A stretch of 59,387 bases of DNA from Actinomycetes bacterium. GTDB taxonomy: Bacteria > Actinomycetota > Coriobacteriia > Coriobacteriales > Eggerthellaceae. Below are positions 39,438-50,076 of this stretch, in pieces (positions within the stretch are counted from its first letter, which is position 1; the number at the start of each line of letters is the position of its first letter). A program made the translations under genes and the position numbers. The DNA lies in NCBI GenBank assembly GCA_023403475.1, contig JAEYEL010000189.1:1-59387 (forward strand), read 5' to 3'. Under the pieces are notes generated by a model. That model worked only from the letters and a program-made list of their open reading frames with translations. It made no database searches and was not told the origin of the DNA.

Positions 39438-41240
39438 TTAATCGTCCACTTTCAGAATGGCCATGAATGCCTCTTGGGGCACCTCCACGTTGCCGATGGA
39501 CTTCATACGCTTCTTGCCCGCCTTCTGCTTTTCCAGAAGCTTGCGCTTGCGGCTGATGTCGCCGCCGTAGCATTTCGCGAGCACGTCTTTGCGCTTGGCC
39601 TTCACGGTTTGACGCGCCAGCACGCGCCCGCCTATAGCAGCCTGTATGGGCACTTCGAACAGCTGCCTCGGAATTATCTCCTTCAGCTTCTCGCACAGCA
39701 CCCGCCCGCGGTCGTACGCCTTGTCTTTGTGCACGATGAACGAGAGCGCGTCGATAGGTTTGCCCGAAAGCAGAATATCGAGCTTCACCAGCTGCGATGG
39801 CTTGTAGCCTGAAAAATCGTAGTCAAGGCTGGCGTATCCTTTCGTGCTCGACTTAAGCTTGTCGAAATAGTCCATGATAAGCTCCGAAAGCGGAATGTCC
39901 CAAAGCATTTCCACCGTGGTGGGCGATAGGTAGTTCATGGTGACGAAGGCGCCGCGGCGGGCAACGGTAAGGTCCATGACCGCACCGACGTAGTCGGGCG
40001 GGATGAGTATCTTCGCTTTCAGGTAGGGCTCTTCCACGCGCTCGATCTCGCCCGGGTCGGGCATTTCCTGCGGCGAGTGGAGCGAGATCATGTTCCCCTC
40101 GCGCAGAAACACATGGTATTCCACCGAAGGCGCCGTGGCCAGAAGGTCGAGTCCGAACTCGCGCTCCAAGCGCTCCTTGATGACCTCCATGTGCAGAAGG
40201 CCCAAAAAGCCCACGCGGAAGCCGAAGCCGAGCGCGTGGGACTTCTCGGGTTCCCACGCAAGCGCCGGGTCGTTGAGCGAAAGCTTCTCGAGCGCCTCTT
40301 TCAACGGCTCGTACTGGTCGCCTTCGATGGGGAACAGACCCGTGTACACCATAGGCTTGGCCTCGCGATAGCCGGGCAAAGGCTCGCTCACGCCACCTTC
40401 TGCGTTGGTGACGGTATCGCCCACCTTCACATGGCGTACGTCTTTGAGGCCGGTTACCACATATCCCACCTCGCCAACCGAAAGCGCAGGCAGAGGAGTT
40501 TCGGTGGGACGGCGCGCACCCACTTCCTCCACCAATACCTCGGTGTCTGTGGCCATCATGCGCACGTGGTCGCCCTTGCTCACGGAGCCGTCCACCACGC
40601 GCACGAGCGCCACCACGCCGCGATAGGGGTCGAAATAGCTGTCGAAGATGAGCGCGCGCAGGGGCGCGGCGGCGTTTCCGGTCGGCGCGGGAATGTTGTA
40701 CACCACCGCTTCCAGAAGGTCGCGCACGCCCGCGCCCGTCTTGCCGGAAGCTAACACCGCATCGTCTGCGGGAATGGCCAGCCCCTCCTCTATCTCGGCG
40801 CGCACGCGTTCGGGGTCTGCCGCCGGCAGGTCTATCTTGTTGATGAGCGGGATGATCTCGAGGTTCGCGTTCATGGCCATCATGGCGTTCGCCACGGTCT
40901 GCGCCTCCACGCCCTGGGTGGAATCGACCACGAGCACCGCACCCTCGCAGGCGGCAAGGCTGCGGCTCACCTCGTAGGTGAAATCCACGTGTCCAGGTGT
41001 GTCGATGAGGTTGAACTGGTAGGTCTCGCCGTCGTCGGCGGTGTATTCCACGCGCACGGCCTGGCTTTTGATGGTGATGCCGCGCTCGCGCTCTATATCC
41101 ATGGAGTCGAGCAACTGCTCTTTCATGTCACGTGCGGCCACTGTCCCCGTCTGCTCGAGAATACGGTCGGAAAGGGTCGACTTCCCATGGTCGATGTGCG
41201 CGATGATGGAGAAGTTGCGAATATGGGTTGGATCTGTCAT
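39438..41240 (-). CDS. lepA: Elongation factor 4 (LepA)
   Basis: [35 protein letters not shown]. Confidence 0.98.
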   Translation of the reverse strand: MTDPTHIRNFSIIAHIDHGKSTLSDRILEQTGTVAARDMKEQLLDSMDIERERGITIKSQAVRVEYTADDGETYQFNLIDTPGHVDFTYEVSRSLAACEGAVLVVDSTQGVEAQTVANAMMAMNANLEIIPLINKIDLPAADPERVRAEIEEGLAIPADDAVLASGKTGAGVRDLLEAVVYNIPAPTGNAAAPLRALIFDSYFDPYRGVVALVRVVDGSVSKGDHVRMMATDTEVLVEEVGARRPTETPLPALSVGEVGYVVTGLKDVRHVKVGDTVTNAEGGVSEPLPGYREAKPMVYTGLFPIEGDQYEPLKEALEKLSLNDPALAWEPEKSHALGFGFRVGFLGLLHMEVIKERLEREFGLDLLATAPSVEYHVFLREGNMISLHSPQEMPDPGEIERVEEPYLKAKILIPPDYVGAVMDLTVARRGAFVTMNYLSPTTVEMLWDIPLSELIMDYFDKLKSSTKGYASLDYDFSGYKPSQLVKLDILLSGKPIDALSFIVHKDKAYDRGRVLCEKLKEIIPRQLFEVPIQAAIGGRVLARQTVKAKRKDVLAKCYGGDISRKRKLLEKQKAGKKRMKSIGNVEVPQEAFMAILKVDD

Positions 41241-41769
41241 AGCTGCTTTCTTCGTGGTTCGTTGTAGCATTCGTCTAGGCGCCGTTCGCTTGCGCTCTGT
41301 TCGCGCGGGCGCTGTTTGTATAGGCACCGTTCGTCCGTACCCTGCTCATGCGGGCATCGCTCGCCTATGCCCTGCCATTGTACCGTGAAACGCACGTTCC
41401 CACGCATGTTTTACGCAACCGCCAGATTTTTCGGGATTTTGGGATTTTCGGCAAGGCAATGCGAATCTCTGGTATGATACCGGCTTGTGTCCAGCGATAC
41501 ATGCGTGCGTCCATAGCGACGCACCGTCCGCAGACGTGGCTGCTTTAAGGATGAGTGTTGCTGGGAGACCGAACGGTCGGCGAAACAGAGAAAACCCGCT
41601 GTTTCCTACGCAACGCATACGGCTGGCTCGCAGAGCGGCTTTTCGCGGTTGCCCATTCTTCGGACTCCCTTCGTCATTTCCTCTCCCCAAGCGCACGTAG
41701 GCTTCGCTCGACGCGGCAATGAAGAAGCTTCGCTTTAGAGGAGCGAAACGAGATTTCGAAAGGAAAGAA

Positions 41770-42249
41770 ATGGCGAACATCAAGAGCCAGAAGAAACGTA
41801 TTATCACCAACGAAAAGGCCCGCATGCGCAACCGCGCCGTGAAGTCGGAGCTCAAAACCGCCGTGCGCCGCGTGAAGGACGCCGTGGCAGCAGAAAACGG
41901 CGCCGAAGCGTACGCCGCCGCGCTTGCCGCATGCCGTTTGATGGACAAGGCCGCCGGCAAAGGCATCATCCACAAGAATCAGGCCGCCAACCGCAAAAGC
42001 GGCATCATGCGCCTTGCGAACACCGTGGTGACCGATGCGGATCGCGCCGCGTACGTGAAACCGCCCAAGAAGGAGCAGAAGACCGGCTCGAAGAAAGCAG
42101 AGGCCAAAGCTGCCCGCAAGGCCGCCATGGAGCAGGCGAACAAGGAGAAGGCGAAGCGCCGCGAGAAGCAGCTAAAGGAAGAGGCCGCCGCCGCGAAGCG
42201 CAAGGCGAAGGCCGCCAAAGAGGCCGAAGCGGAAGAGTCTGCCGAATAA
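41770..42249 (+). CDS. rpsT: 30S ribosomal protein S20 with long Lys/Ala/Glu C-terminal extension
   Basis: [10 protein letters not shown]...[14 protein letters not shown]; 159 aa. Confidence 0.95.
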   Translation: MANIKSQKKRIITNEKARMRNRAVKSELKTAVRRVKDAVAAENGAEAYAAALAACRLMDKAAGKGIIHKNQAANRKSGIMRLANTVVTDADRAAYVKPPKKEQKTGSKKAEAKAARKAAMEQANKEKAKRREKQLKEEAAAAKRKAKAAKEAEAEESAE

Positions 42250-42265
42250 GCAACGCCGAATAAGC

Positions 42266-42312
42266 AACCCCTGCGATCTGCAAGGACCGCAGGGGTTCTT
42301 GCAGATCGCTTT
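42266..42312. terminator. Hairpin(s) between convergent rpsT and holA
   Basis: aacccctgcg...cgcaggggtt interleaved with gcgatctgcaag...cttgcagatcgc. Confidence 0.65.
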
Positions 42313-42313
42313 G

Positions 42314-43294
42314 CTACCTTTCCGTGCGTGGAACGACGGCGAGCACCCAATCGAGAAGGGCGTCGTGCGCATCAGCCCCGCTCTTCATGGCGCGGTCGGC
42401 ATCGCGAGCGAGCACCATGGCGCGCCTCAGCTCTTCTACCGTGAAACCCCGCGCCCATGTCAGGTGGTTCTTAACGCGCCAATCGGGCACTTTGAGCGTA
42501 GCCGCCAGCTCCCGAGGCGTACCTCTTTCCACAAGGCTTTTCGCGCATATGAGCTCGCGCAGGCGCGTGGCGCACATGGTGATGAGCGCGATGGGGGCAA
42601 CCGATTCCATGCGTCCCAGATACAGCATGCATTTGCGCAAGTCGCGAGCGGAAAACGCATCGACGAACTCCCAAGGCTTCACCTCAGCCGTTCTGCTGAC
42701 CAGCGATGCCACCTCGTGTTCGTTCACCGCGTCGGACCCTCTGTGCGCAAGCGCGATTTTCCTTACTTCGCTGTTCAGATGCACCGTGTTCTCGCCGACC
42801 AACTCCACCAGCTTCGCGGCGGCGCCCTGCGTGAACGTCACGCCCTGCCCCACCGCCATGGAGCGCACCATAGCGGGCAGCTCGTGGCGCTTCACCGGAG
42901 CGCAGTCTATAACGGCCTTTTTCCCCTGTTTGGCAACGGCCTTGTACAACCGCGTGTTCTTCGCAAGCTTTTCGGCTTCAAGGCAAAGGACGGTGGTGGG
43001 GTTAGGCAAGCCCAGATACGACACGACCTCATCGGAATCGGCTTTTCGCAGCTTCTCGACGTTGCGCACGGCAACGAGGCGCACGGAGCTTGCGAAAGGA
43101 ACCGTGTTGCACGCCGAAACGATATCGGCGCCCGTTGCCGCTTCTCCGTCGAATTCGTCGGAATTGAATGACAGATCGCCTTCCTTGGACAGGCGATCGT
43201 AAAGCCGCTTCATCACGGCGGCGCGCTTGAGCTGATCCTCGCCGACAGCGAGGTACACCGGAAGCAGGGATTCTTGTTTTCCGTCGTTTGCCAT
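42314..43294 (-). CDS. holA: DNA polymerase III delta subunit
   Basis: VYLAVGED, TVPFASSVRLV, ADRAMKSG; comEC-holA-rpsT synteny. Confidence 0.9.
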   Translation of the reverse strand: MANDGKQESLLPVYLAVGEDQLKRAAVMKRLYDRLSKEGDLSFNSDEFDGEAATGADIVSACNTVPFASSVRLVAVRNVEKLRKADSDEVVSYLGLPNPTTVLCLEAEKLAKNTRLYKAVAKQGKKAVIDCAPVKRHELPAMVRSMAVGQGVTFTQGAAAKLVELVGENTVHLNSEVRKIALAHRGSDAVNEHEVASLVSRTAEVKPWEFVDAFSARDLRKCMLYLGRMESVAPIALITMCATRLRELICAKSLVERGTPRELAATLKVPDWRVKNHLTWARGFTVEELRRAMVLARDADRAMKSGADAHDALLDWVLAVVPRTER

Positions 43295-43303
43295 AGGCGC
43301 ATT

Positions 43304-45637
43304 CTAGCGCAGCGTGGTGACGCGAAGCCTATCGGGCTCCAATTTGCATGAAACATCCCCCTGCTCATCGGTGCGAAACACCTCGGCGCCCGCCGATTCG
43401 AGACACGCGATGGTTTCAGGAGCCGGATGTCCGTAACGGTTGTTCGCGCCCACGCTCAAAAGCGCGATGCTCGGAGAAAGCGCGCGTGCGCAGGCGGCGT
43501 CAAGCGCCGCGCGCGAGCCGTGGTGCCCCACCTTGTAAATATCGACGTTCGTCGCAAGGCCTGCGTCTTCGATGGCATGTATCTGGGCGGCCTCCGCATC
43601 GCCGCAGAAAAACGCCGTCCAGTTCGCAATGCCGTCGGCTTCGGGGTCATAGGAGGCAAGCAAACACAGGCTGTCGGCGTTGCCTCCTTCGCAGGTGAAC
43701 TTGTAAGGCCACACGACGCGCAGGCTTATAGCGCCGCAGCGCACGGTGTCGCCCACCTTAAGCCCCACCGCACCGTCTCTTCCCGCTACGACCTCGATGC
43801 TTTCGCGCAACTTCTCGCACGATGCACAGGGGCATTCGAGCGCATCGGCTGCAACGAGGGCGGAATCTAGGCCCACCACGCCGCGCAGCGAGGCAAGCGA
43901 GCCGCAGTGGTCGTCGTCGGCATGCGTGACGACCACGGCATCGAGCCTCCATACGCCGTGGCGGGCGAGCGCCTCTCTGAGCGCTTGGCTACGGTTGCCC
44001 GTGTCGATGAGAACGGCGTGCCCTTCGCTTCGCACCAAAAGCGCGTCTCCCTGCCCCACGTCGAGCATGACTATTTCGCTTCCCGCCGCATAGGGTGCGC
44101 CGAGCGCCCATACGGCGAAGACGGCTGCGCAGACACCGCCTATAGCCGCAAGCGCAGCGGTGCGCACCCGCGGCCAGAACCACCAAAGCGCCCCCGTCGC
44201 GGTCACCGAAAGCGCTATCATGGGAACAACAGGGGCATTTACGGGAACACAGGCAAAGGGTGCAGACGCGCATGTTCGCACTATGCCGTTCAGAACGTGC
44301 GCGAACGTTCCCGCAGCGGCCATCAGGAAAGGCGCCGCAGCGGGCACGGCCAAAGACCCGAGCGCCGCCACAAGCCCTCCCGTGCACACGACGGCGAACA
44401 AGGGGGCGCATACGACGTTCGATACGGGAGCCACAAGCGACGCCTGCGCGAAAAGCGCAGCGGAAGCGGGCATGGTCGCCACGCTCGAAGCGAGCGTGAG
44501 CGCAAGCGCATCGCGCACGAACCGGGGAAGAGGGAGGGCACCGCCTTCCAGCCACGACGACACAAGCCCCGAGAGCAGCACGATACCCAACGTAGAGCCG
44601 GCAGAAAGCGCGAACGACACGGAAACGGATGCTTCGGGAGAGGCGACGATAAGCGCCATGATGCAGACGGCGAGCGCGTTCAAGGGGGCAGGACGCCTTT
44701 GCGCGGCATACGAGGCCATGCCGACCACCGACATGACGGCGGCCCTTACCGCCGATACGGGCACGGCCGAAAACACAAGATACAGAAAGACGAACGCAGC
44801 CTGAAGCACCACGGCGAGCGGCTTCGGTGCGCGCAAAGTGCGAAGAACAAGCGCCGTAAACCCGCTCACGATGACGAGATGCGCGCCGGAGACGGCAACC
44901 ATGTGGGCAAGACCTGCCGCCTTGAAATCGCCGTACAGCGTCGATTGCGCGAGCGAGGTCCGCGCACCGCAGACAAGCGCCTGCAAAACGGACGCTTCGT
45001 CGCCTCCGACTTTCGAAAGGGCGCAAATCGCCGCATAGCGCAAGGCGAGCAGCGCCTTTACCGCGCCTTCCCTCTCGACCGGCCGAACATCGCCTATGTG
45101 CGCAACGGCCGGGGCACCGTGCTGCCAGCAGTACGAGGCCTGCGTGCCTTCGGGAAAAGACAGGCTTGCCCGGGCTGTGAAGGCATCGCCGTACAAACGC
45201 TCGGCATCGTCGTTGAAGAGAACGCGCACGAGCAGGGAATCGCCGCTTGGCGAGACGGCGCGTGCAAAGCCTTGGGAACCGTACGCACTTAAAGATGCGT
45301 CTTCTTCAAGCGTGAACAGCCAAGTTCCAGCAGGCTCGCTTTTGGCCTTTTCCATGTCGGCATGCAGGGAGGCGGCGCCCGCGCAACCGCAGCAGCAGCC
45401 CAGCGCGATGCCCGTCAAGGCACCGAGCACGAGGTGGGCGCCGTGCTTCCACAAAACCATAACGAGTACGAGAACCAGCGCCCCGCTTGCCAAGGCGACA
45501 AGAGCAAGCCCTTCCCCTGCGCAGCTCTGCCCCAGCGAGTACGCCACGGCAGCCGCACACCACATGCTCAAAGCAACCGCCAAAAGGCAGGGCAGCGAGG
45601 GACGCAGGGGAACCGCGCTATCGGCTACCTCGCGCAT
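43304..45637 (-). CDS. comEC: Competence protein ComEC/Rec2
   Basis: GLAHMVAVSGAH, DVGQGDA, THADDDH, KVGHHGS, NRYGHP. Confidence 0.93.
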   Translation of the reverse strand: MREVADSAVPLRPSLPCLLAVALSMWCAAAVAYSLGQSCAGEGLALVALASGALVLVLVMVLWKHGAHLVLGALTGIALGCCCGCAGAASLHADMEKAKSEPAGTWLFTLEEDASLSAYGSQGFARAVSPSGDSLLVRVLFNDDAERLYGDAFTARASLSFPEGTQASYCWQHGAPAVAHIGDVRPVEREGAVKALLALRYAAICALSKVGGDEASVLQALVCGARTSLAQSTLYGDFKAAGLAHMVAVSGAHLVIVSGFTALVLRTLRAPKPLAVVLQAAFVFLYLVFSAVPVSAVRAAVMSVVGMASYAAQRRPAPLNALAVCIMALIVASPEASVSVSFALSAGSTLGIVLLSGLVSSWLEGGALPLPRFVRDALALTLASSVATMPASAALFAQASLVAPVSNVVCAPLFAVVCTGGLVAALGSLAVPAAAPFLMAAAGTFAHVLNGIVRTCASAPFACVPVNAPVVPMIALSVTATGALWWFWPRVRTAALAAIGGVCAAVFAVWALGAPYAAGSEIVMLDVGQGDALLVRSEGHAVLIDTGNRSQALREALARHGVWRLDAVVVTHADDDHCGSLASLRGVVGLDSALVAADALECPCASCEKLRESIEVVAGRDGAVGLKVGDTVRCGAISLRVVWPYKFTCEGGNADSLCLLASYDPEADGIANWTAFFCGDAEAAQIHAIEDAGLATNVDIYKVGHHGSRAALDAACARALSPSIALLSVGANNRYGHPAPETIACLESAGAEVFRTDEQGDVSCKLEPDRLRVTTLR

Positions 45638-46362
45638 ATGAGGTCGGCTAGCTGCTCGTACTTCTTGTCGCCTATGCCCGACACCCGCTTCAAGTCCTCG
45701 GTCGATGCAAACGCGCCGTTCGAAGATCGATCGGCCACGATCTTTTCAGCCGTCGCCTTGCCGATGCCGGGAAGGGCGTCAAGCTCTTCGACGGTGGCAG
45801 TATTGATGTTCACCCGAGCCGATGCACCTTGCGAAGACCCGTTCGGGTTGGCGGCGAGCGCCTTTTCCCATCCTTGCTCGTATTGATCCGCCGTCGGAAC
45901 GATCACCTGCTCTCCGTCGAGCACGGTCTGCGCAAGGTTGAGCGCGTCGGGCGCCGCATCGGCGGTAAAGCCGCCGGCAGCGGAAACGGCGTCGTTCACG
46001 CGCGAGCCCGCTGCCATTTCGTAGACGCCGGGCGAAACGACGGCTCCGCCTACGTGCACGAACACGGTACCGCCGGAACCTTCCCCTTGCTTTCCCCCTT
46101 GTTCTTTTCCTTCCTTCCCTCCTCCTTCCGAAGCAGGCTTACCGGCGCCTTCCGCATTTTCGGAACCTGATGCCTCCGTTTGCTCGATAGCCGTCGCGCG
46201 CTCCACCGAAAACCCGCCGTTCGAGCATGAAACCCACGCGACGATGCCAAGGGCAAGCAGCACGGCAACGATAAGCCCTGCGGCAATGCGCTTCTTGTTC
46301 GCGTCGAAATGCAGCCGTGCGGCCAACGTCTCGGATGATGTTTGAAACGGCATGGGCGTCAC
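45625..46362 (-). CDS. comEA: Competence protein ComEA
   Basis: TM anchor, VHVGGAVVSPGVY SLBB domain, VNINTAT..LPGIG HhH. Confidence 0.93.
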   Translation of the reverse strand: MTPMPFQTSSETLAARLHFDANKKRIAAGLIVAVLLALGIVAWVSCSNGGFSVERATAIEQTEASGSENAEGAGKPASEGGGKEGKEQGGKQGEGSGGTVFVHVGGAVVSPGVYEMAAGSRVNDAVSAAGGFTADAAPDALNLAQTVLDGEQVIVPTADQYEQGWEKALAANPNGSSQGASARVNINTATVEELDALPGIGKATAEKIVADRSSNGAFASTEDLKRVSGIGDKKYEQLADLICAR

Positions 46363-46565
46363 CTGTCCTTCGTTTTCCTGCGCATATCATGATAGCGAGC
46401 AAATCCATCATATATATGGCGCAACTCCATCAAGGACATCGCCCGAACCAATCATCTTCCCAGCAAAACCTCGCCCTTAGCCAAGCAAAGGCGAACCGTT
46501 TTGCAAGCAGGATTCTTTTGGATCTCAAGCGGAAAGCAAGCGGAACGCAGGCAGGAAGCAACCGA

Positions 46566-46640
46566 GGTTCAATCAGGTTTCTGTCAGGATTCAATCGGGA
46601 TTCTATCGGGTTTCCGACAGAAACCTACCGGGATTTAGCG
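46566..46640. repeat. Degenerate 11-bp-period repeat upstream of comEA
   Basis: ggttcaatca ggtttctgtca ggattcaatcg ggattctatcg ggtttccgaca ...; 10-bp IR at 46576 and 46616. Confidence 0.6.
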
Positions 46641-46680
46641 GGAACCGATCGCATTTTCGTCGCCCACGTCGAGCGTGATG

Positions 46681-46719
46681 AAAAGCAGAGAGGGCTTTGC
46701 CGCGATTGGCAAAGCCCTC
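46681..46719 (-). terminator. Terminator after thiI
   Basis: gagggctttgcc...ggcaaagccctc stem with nearby T-run on the minus strand. Confidence 0.7.
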
Positions 46720-46726
46720 CCAATTC

Positions 46727-47953
46727 TTACGCTCCCGTCTCCGCCCGTTTCCTTGGTGGGCGGTACGCAGGGCAGGCGTAATCGTGAGGCTCGGCTGCTT
46801 TCGTAAGCTCCTCAACCCAGCGCGCTATGGGCATCTGCGCCTCGGCTGCCTCGACCTCGGCAATCTTCGCATGCGTTTCGGGGTTGCGCGGCATGAACAG
46901 CGTGCAGCAGTCGGGGGCGTCTTGGGACGATATGTCGAAGGTTCCCAGCTGCTGCGCCTGCGCGATGATCTCCGTTTTGTCGAATCCGATGAGCGGTCGG
47001 AACACCGGCATATCGACCGACGCATCGGTAGCCCGGATGTTGTCGAGCGTTTGCGAGGCAACCTGGCCAAGGCTTTCCCCGGTCACGAGCGCGCCCGCAT
47101 GCTCGATGCGCGCGAGCCGCTGCGCAACGCGGAACATGAGCCGCCGATATAGGATAACGCGCAAAGGCGGCGGGGCCGTAAGCGATATTTCGCGTTGCAC
47201 GTCGCCGAACGGCACCACGTACACGCGCGCGATGCAGCCCGTCCGCTCCAGAACGCGCGCTATATCGTCAACCAGATACTCGCTCGTGTCCGAAGTCTGG
47301 GGCCTTCCCGAAAAATGCACGCCAATGCACACGGCGCCACGACGCGCCATGCGCCAAAGGGCAACGGGCGAATCGATGCCGGAGGAAAGCAGGCAGGCGA
47401 CGCGCCCCGAACTGCCAACGGGCAGCCCTCCGATGCCGGGGATGCTGCGCACGTACACATAGGAGGCGTTCTGCACAACCTCGACGCCCACCGTCAGGTC
47501 GGGATCCTTCATGCGAACCGCAGCGTCGGGAAATGCCTCGCAAAGCTTCGCCCCTATGATGCGGTTCATATCCATCGACCTTACGGGGAAATCGGTGTGA
47601 TTTCGCCTCGCGGCAACCTTGAAGCTGGAAAACGCACCCGCCTCGCCCATGGCAAAGACGGCGACGAAAACCATCTCGTCTAGATTCTGCTCGCATTTGA
47701 ACCCGCAGGAAACGCGGGCGACACCCGGTATGCCGACGATGGCGTCTGCGCAGGACAGCGCCACATCATGCGGCGTTCCTTCCTTCAAAAACACGCAGAG
47801 CCTGCCCGATATGCGGCGGATGGTCACAAGCGGATAGCAGGCAAGATGCGCCTCGAGGTTTTTCAAAAGGCGCATCTCGAAAGAAGCACGATTGTGACCC
47901 TTAAGCCCTATCTCGTGGTAATGAACCAGAATGATTCGCTGATGTTCAGGCAT
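46727..47953 (-). CDS. thiI: tRNA 4-thiouridine synthase ThiI
   Basis: EIGLKGHNR, LLSSGIDSPVA, TGESLGQVASQT. Confidence 0.95.
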   Translation of the reverse strand: MPEHQRIILVHYHEIGLKGHNRASFEMRLLKNLEAHLACYPLVTIRRISGRLCVFLKEGTPHDVALSCADAIVGIPGVARVSCGFKCEQNLDEMVFVAVFAMGEAGAFSSFKVAARRNHTDFPVRSMDMNRIIGAKLCEAFPDAAVRMKDPDLTVGVEVVQNASYVYVRSIPGIGGLPVGSSGRVACLLSSGIDSPVALWRMARRGAVCIGVHFSGRPQTSDTSEYLVDDIARVLERTGCIARVYVVPFGDVQREISLTAPPPLRVILYRRLMFRVAQRLARIEHAGALVTGESLGQVASQTLDNIRATDASVDMPVFRPLIGFDKTEIIAQAQQLGTFDISSQDAPDCCTLFMPRNPETHAKIAEVEAAEAQMPIARWVEELTKAAEPHDYACPAYRPPRKRAETGA

Positions 47954-47959
47954 TGCGCG

Positions 47960-48220
47960 CTAGTGGTTCTTTGCGTCTATAGACTCCGGATCGTAAGACA
48001 CATCGCCGCGCGCTATCTCGCCGAACGCGATGGAGAGGGGCTTCTTGTCCGCCGCGCGGGCAATTTCCACGGCCGTCTGCAACTGAATGGCGCGATCACG
48101 CTGGCCGCGCATCATGTCGTTTATGTCGTGCGCACGCTTCGAGGCGAGCGCGCAAAGAAGGAAGCGGTCGTTGTCGGTGCGTTCCAGCAAATCATTGATT
48201 CTCGGTTCTATGATGCTCAT
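47960..48220 (-). CDS. rpoZ: RNA polymerase omega subunit
   Basis: PRINDLL, ASKRAHDIN, KPLSIAFGEI; follows gmk. Confidence 0.9.
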   Translation of the reverse strand: MSIIEPRINDLLERTDNDRFLLCALASKRAHDINDMMRGQRDRAIQLQTAVEIARAADKKPLSIAFGEIARGDVSYDPESIDAKNH

Positions 48221-48242
48221 GTTCTCTCTATCCTCGCGATAC

Positions 48243-48800
48243 TTACGTCTGACTGTCAACATAGCGTACCAACTCGCGTACTGCTGCGTCAAGATCGTCG
48301 TTTACCAGCCGTTTGTCGTATTGCGAACTGCAGGCGAGTTCACGTTCGGCCTCCTCCATGCGCGACCTTATGACCTCTTCGCTTTCGGTTCCGCGACCGC
48401 GCAGCCTTTCTTCGAGAACCTTAAGCGACGGGGGCTCCACGAAGACGAGCTTAGCCTTGGGAATTCTCTCGCGCACCTGAAAAGCGCCCTGCACGTCTAT
48501 CTCGAGCACAACCTGTGCGCCTTGCGCCATGCGCTCCTCCACGCTCGCACGCGGGGTGCCGTACTTGTGCCCCGAATACGTCGCCCATTCCAGAAGGCCG
48601 TCCTCGTCGATGAGCTTCTGGAATTCCTCCTCGGTGCAAAAGAAGTAGTGGACACCTTCCACCTCGCCTTCGCGCGGCCTTCGCGTCGTCACGGAAACCG
48701 ATACCCAGGCATCGGGAACTTCGTGCAGCAAACGGGCCACCAGCGTGCCTTTCCCGGCACCTGATGGCCCTGAGATGACGAAAAGATTTCCGCAGCGCAT
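48243..48800 (-). CDS. gmk: Guanylate kinase
   Basis: SGPSGAGKGT, TTRRPREGE, YGTP. Confidence 0.97.
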   Translation of the reverse strand: MRCGNLFVISGPSGAGKGTLVARLLHEVPDAWVSVSVTTRRPREGEVEGVHYFFCTEEEFQKLIDEDGLLEWATYSGHKYGTPRASVEERMAQGAQVVLEIDVQGAFQVRERIPKAKLVFVEPPSLKVLEERLRGRGTESEEVIRSRMEEAERELACSSQYDKRLVNDDLDAAVRELVRYVDSQT

Positions 48801-48808
48801 GCAGCGAA

Positions 48809-49117
48809 TTAGCCCAAACGCTCCAGTAGAGCACTGCGCTGACGGTCGCCCAAACCGCGCAAGCGGCGGCTTTCCGCGATCTGCAGCTCCCTCATGATCT
48901 TCTCGGCCTTGGCCTTGCCGTAACCGGGAAGCGTCTCGATAAGTGTGGAAACCTTCATGCGGCCGATGATAGGGTCTTCCTTCATGTCAAGAACCTGGGC
49001 AAGCGAAAGTTTCCCGCTCTTGAGCTCGTCGCGCACAAGGGCGCGCTTGATGCGAGCAGCTTTAGCCTTCTCGAGAGCCTCTTGACGCTCTTCGGCACTA
49101 AGTTGAGGAATAGCCAT
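48809..49117 (-). CDS. mihF: Actinobacterial integration host factor
   Basis: PQLSAEERQEALEKA, MKVSTLIETLPGYGK, RRLRGLG. Confidence 0.93.
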   Translation of the reverse strand: MAIPQLSAEERQEALEKAKAARIKRALVRDELKSGKLSLAQVLDMKEDPIIGRMKVSTLIETLPGYGKAKAEKIMRELQIAESRRLRGLGDRQRSALLERLG

Positions 49118-49293
49118 CGTGTAATCTCCTTCTTTTCGAACGATGCCGACGATACTACCACGCATCCGTCCGTTGCACCATGTCAATTGGCTGAATTTTT
49201 CAAAATTTCAGCGGTTTGGCACACATTTTGCAAGAAGAGCGCCCACTAACCTGCATTTTACCCCCATAAGCGCTGGGGCAAGCCCTCTAAAAC

Positions 49294-50019
49294 CTATAAT
49301 CCCCGCACAATGGCCTCGAACGCCGCCGCTGGGTATTCCGCCTGCGTGACGGGTCGGCCGACGACGATGTGGGAGGCTCCGTTGGCGAACGCCCGAGCGG
49401 GCGTTGCCACGCGGCTCTGGTCGTCAACGGCGGCGCCTTCGGGGCGCACGCCGGGCGTGACGATGTAGGCCGCAGCCCCTAACGCCTCGCGTAGGCAGGC
49501 GGCCTCGTTCGGCGAGGCCACCACGCCGGAGATGCCCGCACGCGCCGCCTGGCTTGCCAGCGCCGTCACCTGGTCGGCCATGCTGCGGACAACGCCCGTT
49601 TCCGCAAGGGAGGCTTCGTCCATGCTCGTGAGCACCGTGATGCCGAGCGTGACCGGCTCGTCCCAGCCGCGCTCCTCCGCCGCCCGCGCGGATCCGCGCT
49701 TGGCTGCGGCCATCATGTCTATGCCGCCCACCGTGTGCATGGTGAGCATGTCCGCCCCGCACAGGGCGGTGAAATAGGCGGCTCCTTCCACCTGGTGCGG
49801 GATATCGTGGAATTTGAGATCGAGGAAGACCTTGAACCCGCGATCCTTGAGCGCGCCCACGACGGCGGGGCCTTCCGCATAGAAGAGCGTCATGCCCACC
49901 TTGACCCATTTCGCACGGCCGATAAGGCTGTCGGCGATACGGTACGCCTCATCGGCGCCGCAGTCGAGCGCCACGATGACACGATCACGTGCCGGGATGT
50001 CGTCGAATACGCTTAACAT
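49294..50019 (-). CDS. pyrF: Orotidine-5'-phosphate decarboxylase
   Basis: VIVALD, FLDLKFHDIP, VTPGVRP. Confidence 0.96.
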   Translation of the reverse strand: MLSVFDDIPARDRVIVALDCGADEAYRIADSLIGRAKWVKVGMTLFYAEGPAVVGALKDRGFKVFLDLKFHDIPHQVEGAAYFTALCGADMLTMHTVGGIDMMAAAKRGSARAAEERGWDEPVTLGITVLTSMDEASLAETGVVRSMADQVTALASQAARAGISGVVASPNEAACLREALGAAAYIVTPGVRPEGAAVDDQSRVATPARAFANGASHIVVGRPVTQAEYPAAAFEAIVRGL

Positions 50020-50076
50020 GGCAGATCTCCTTTCGGTTTGCTTCCTTCCGCTTCGTCTTGCTTCCCTCAGAACGCC

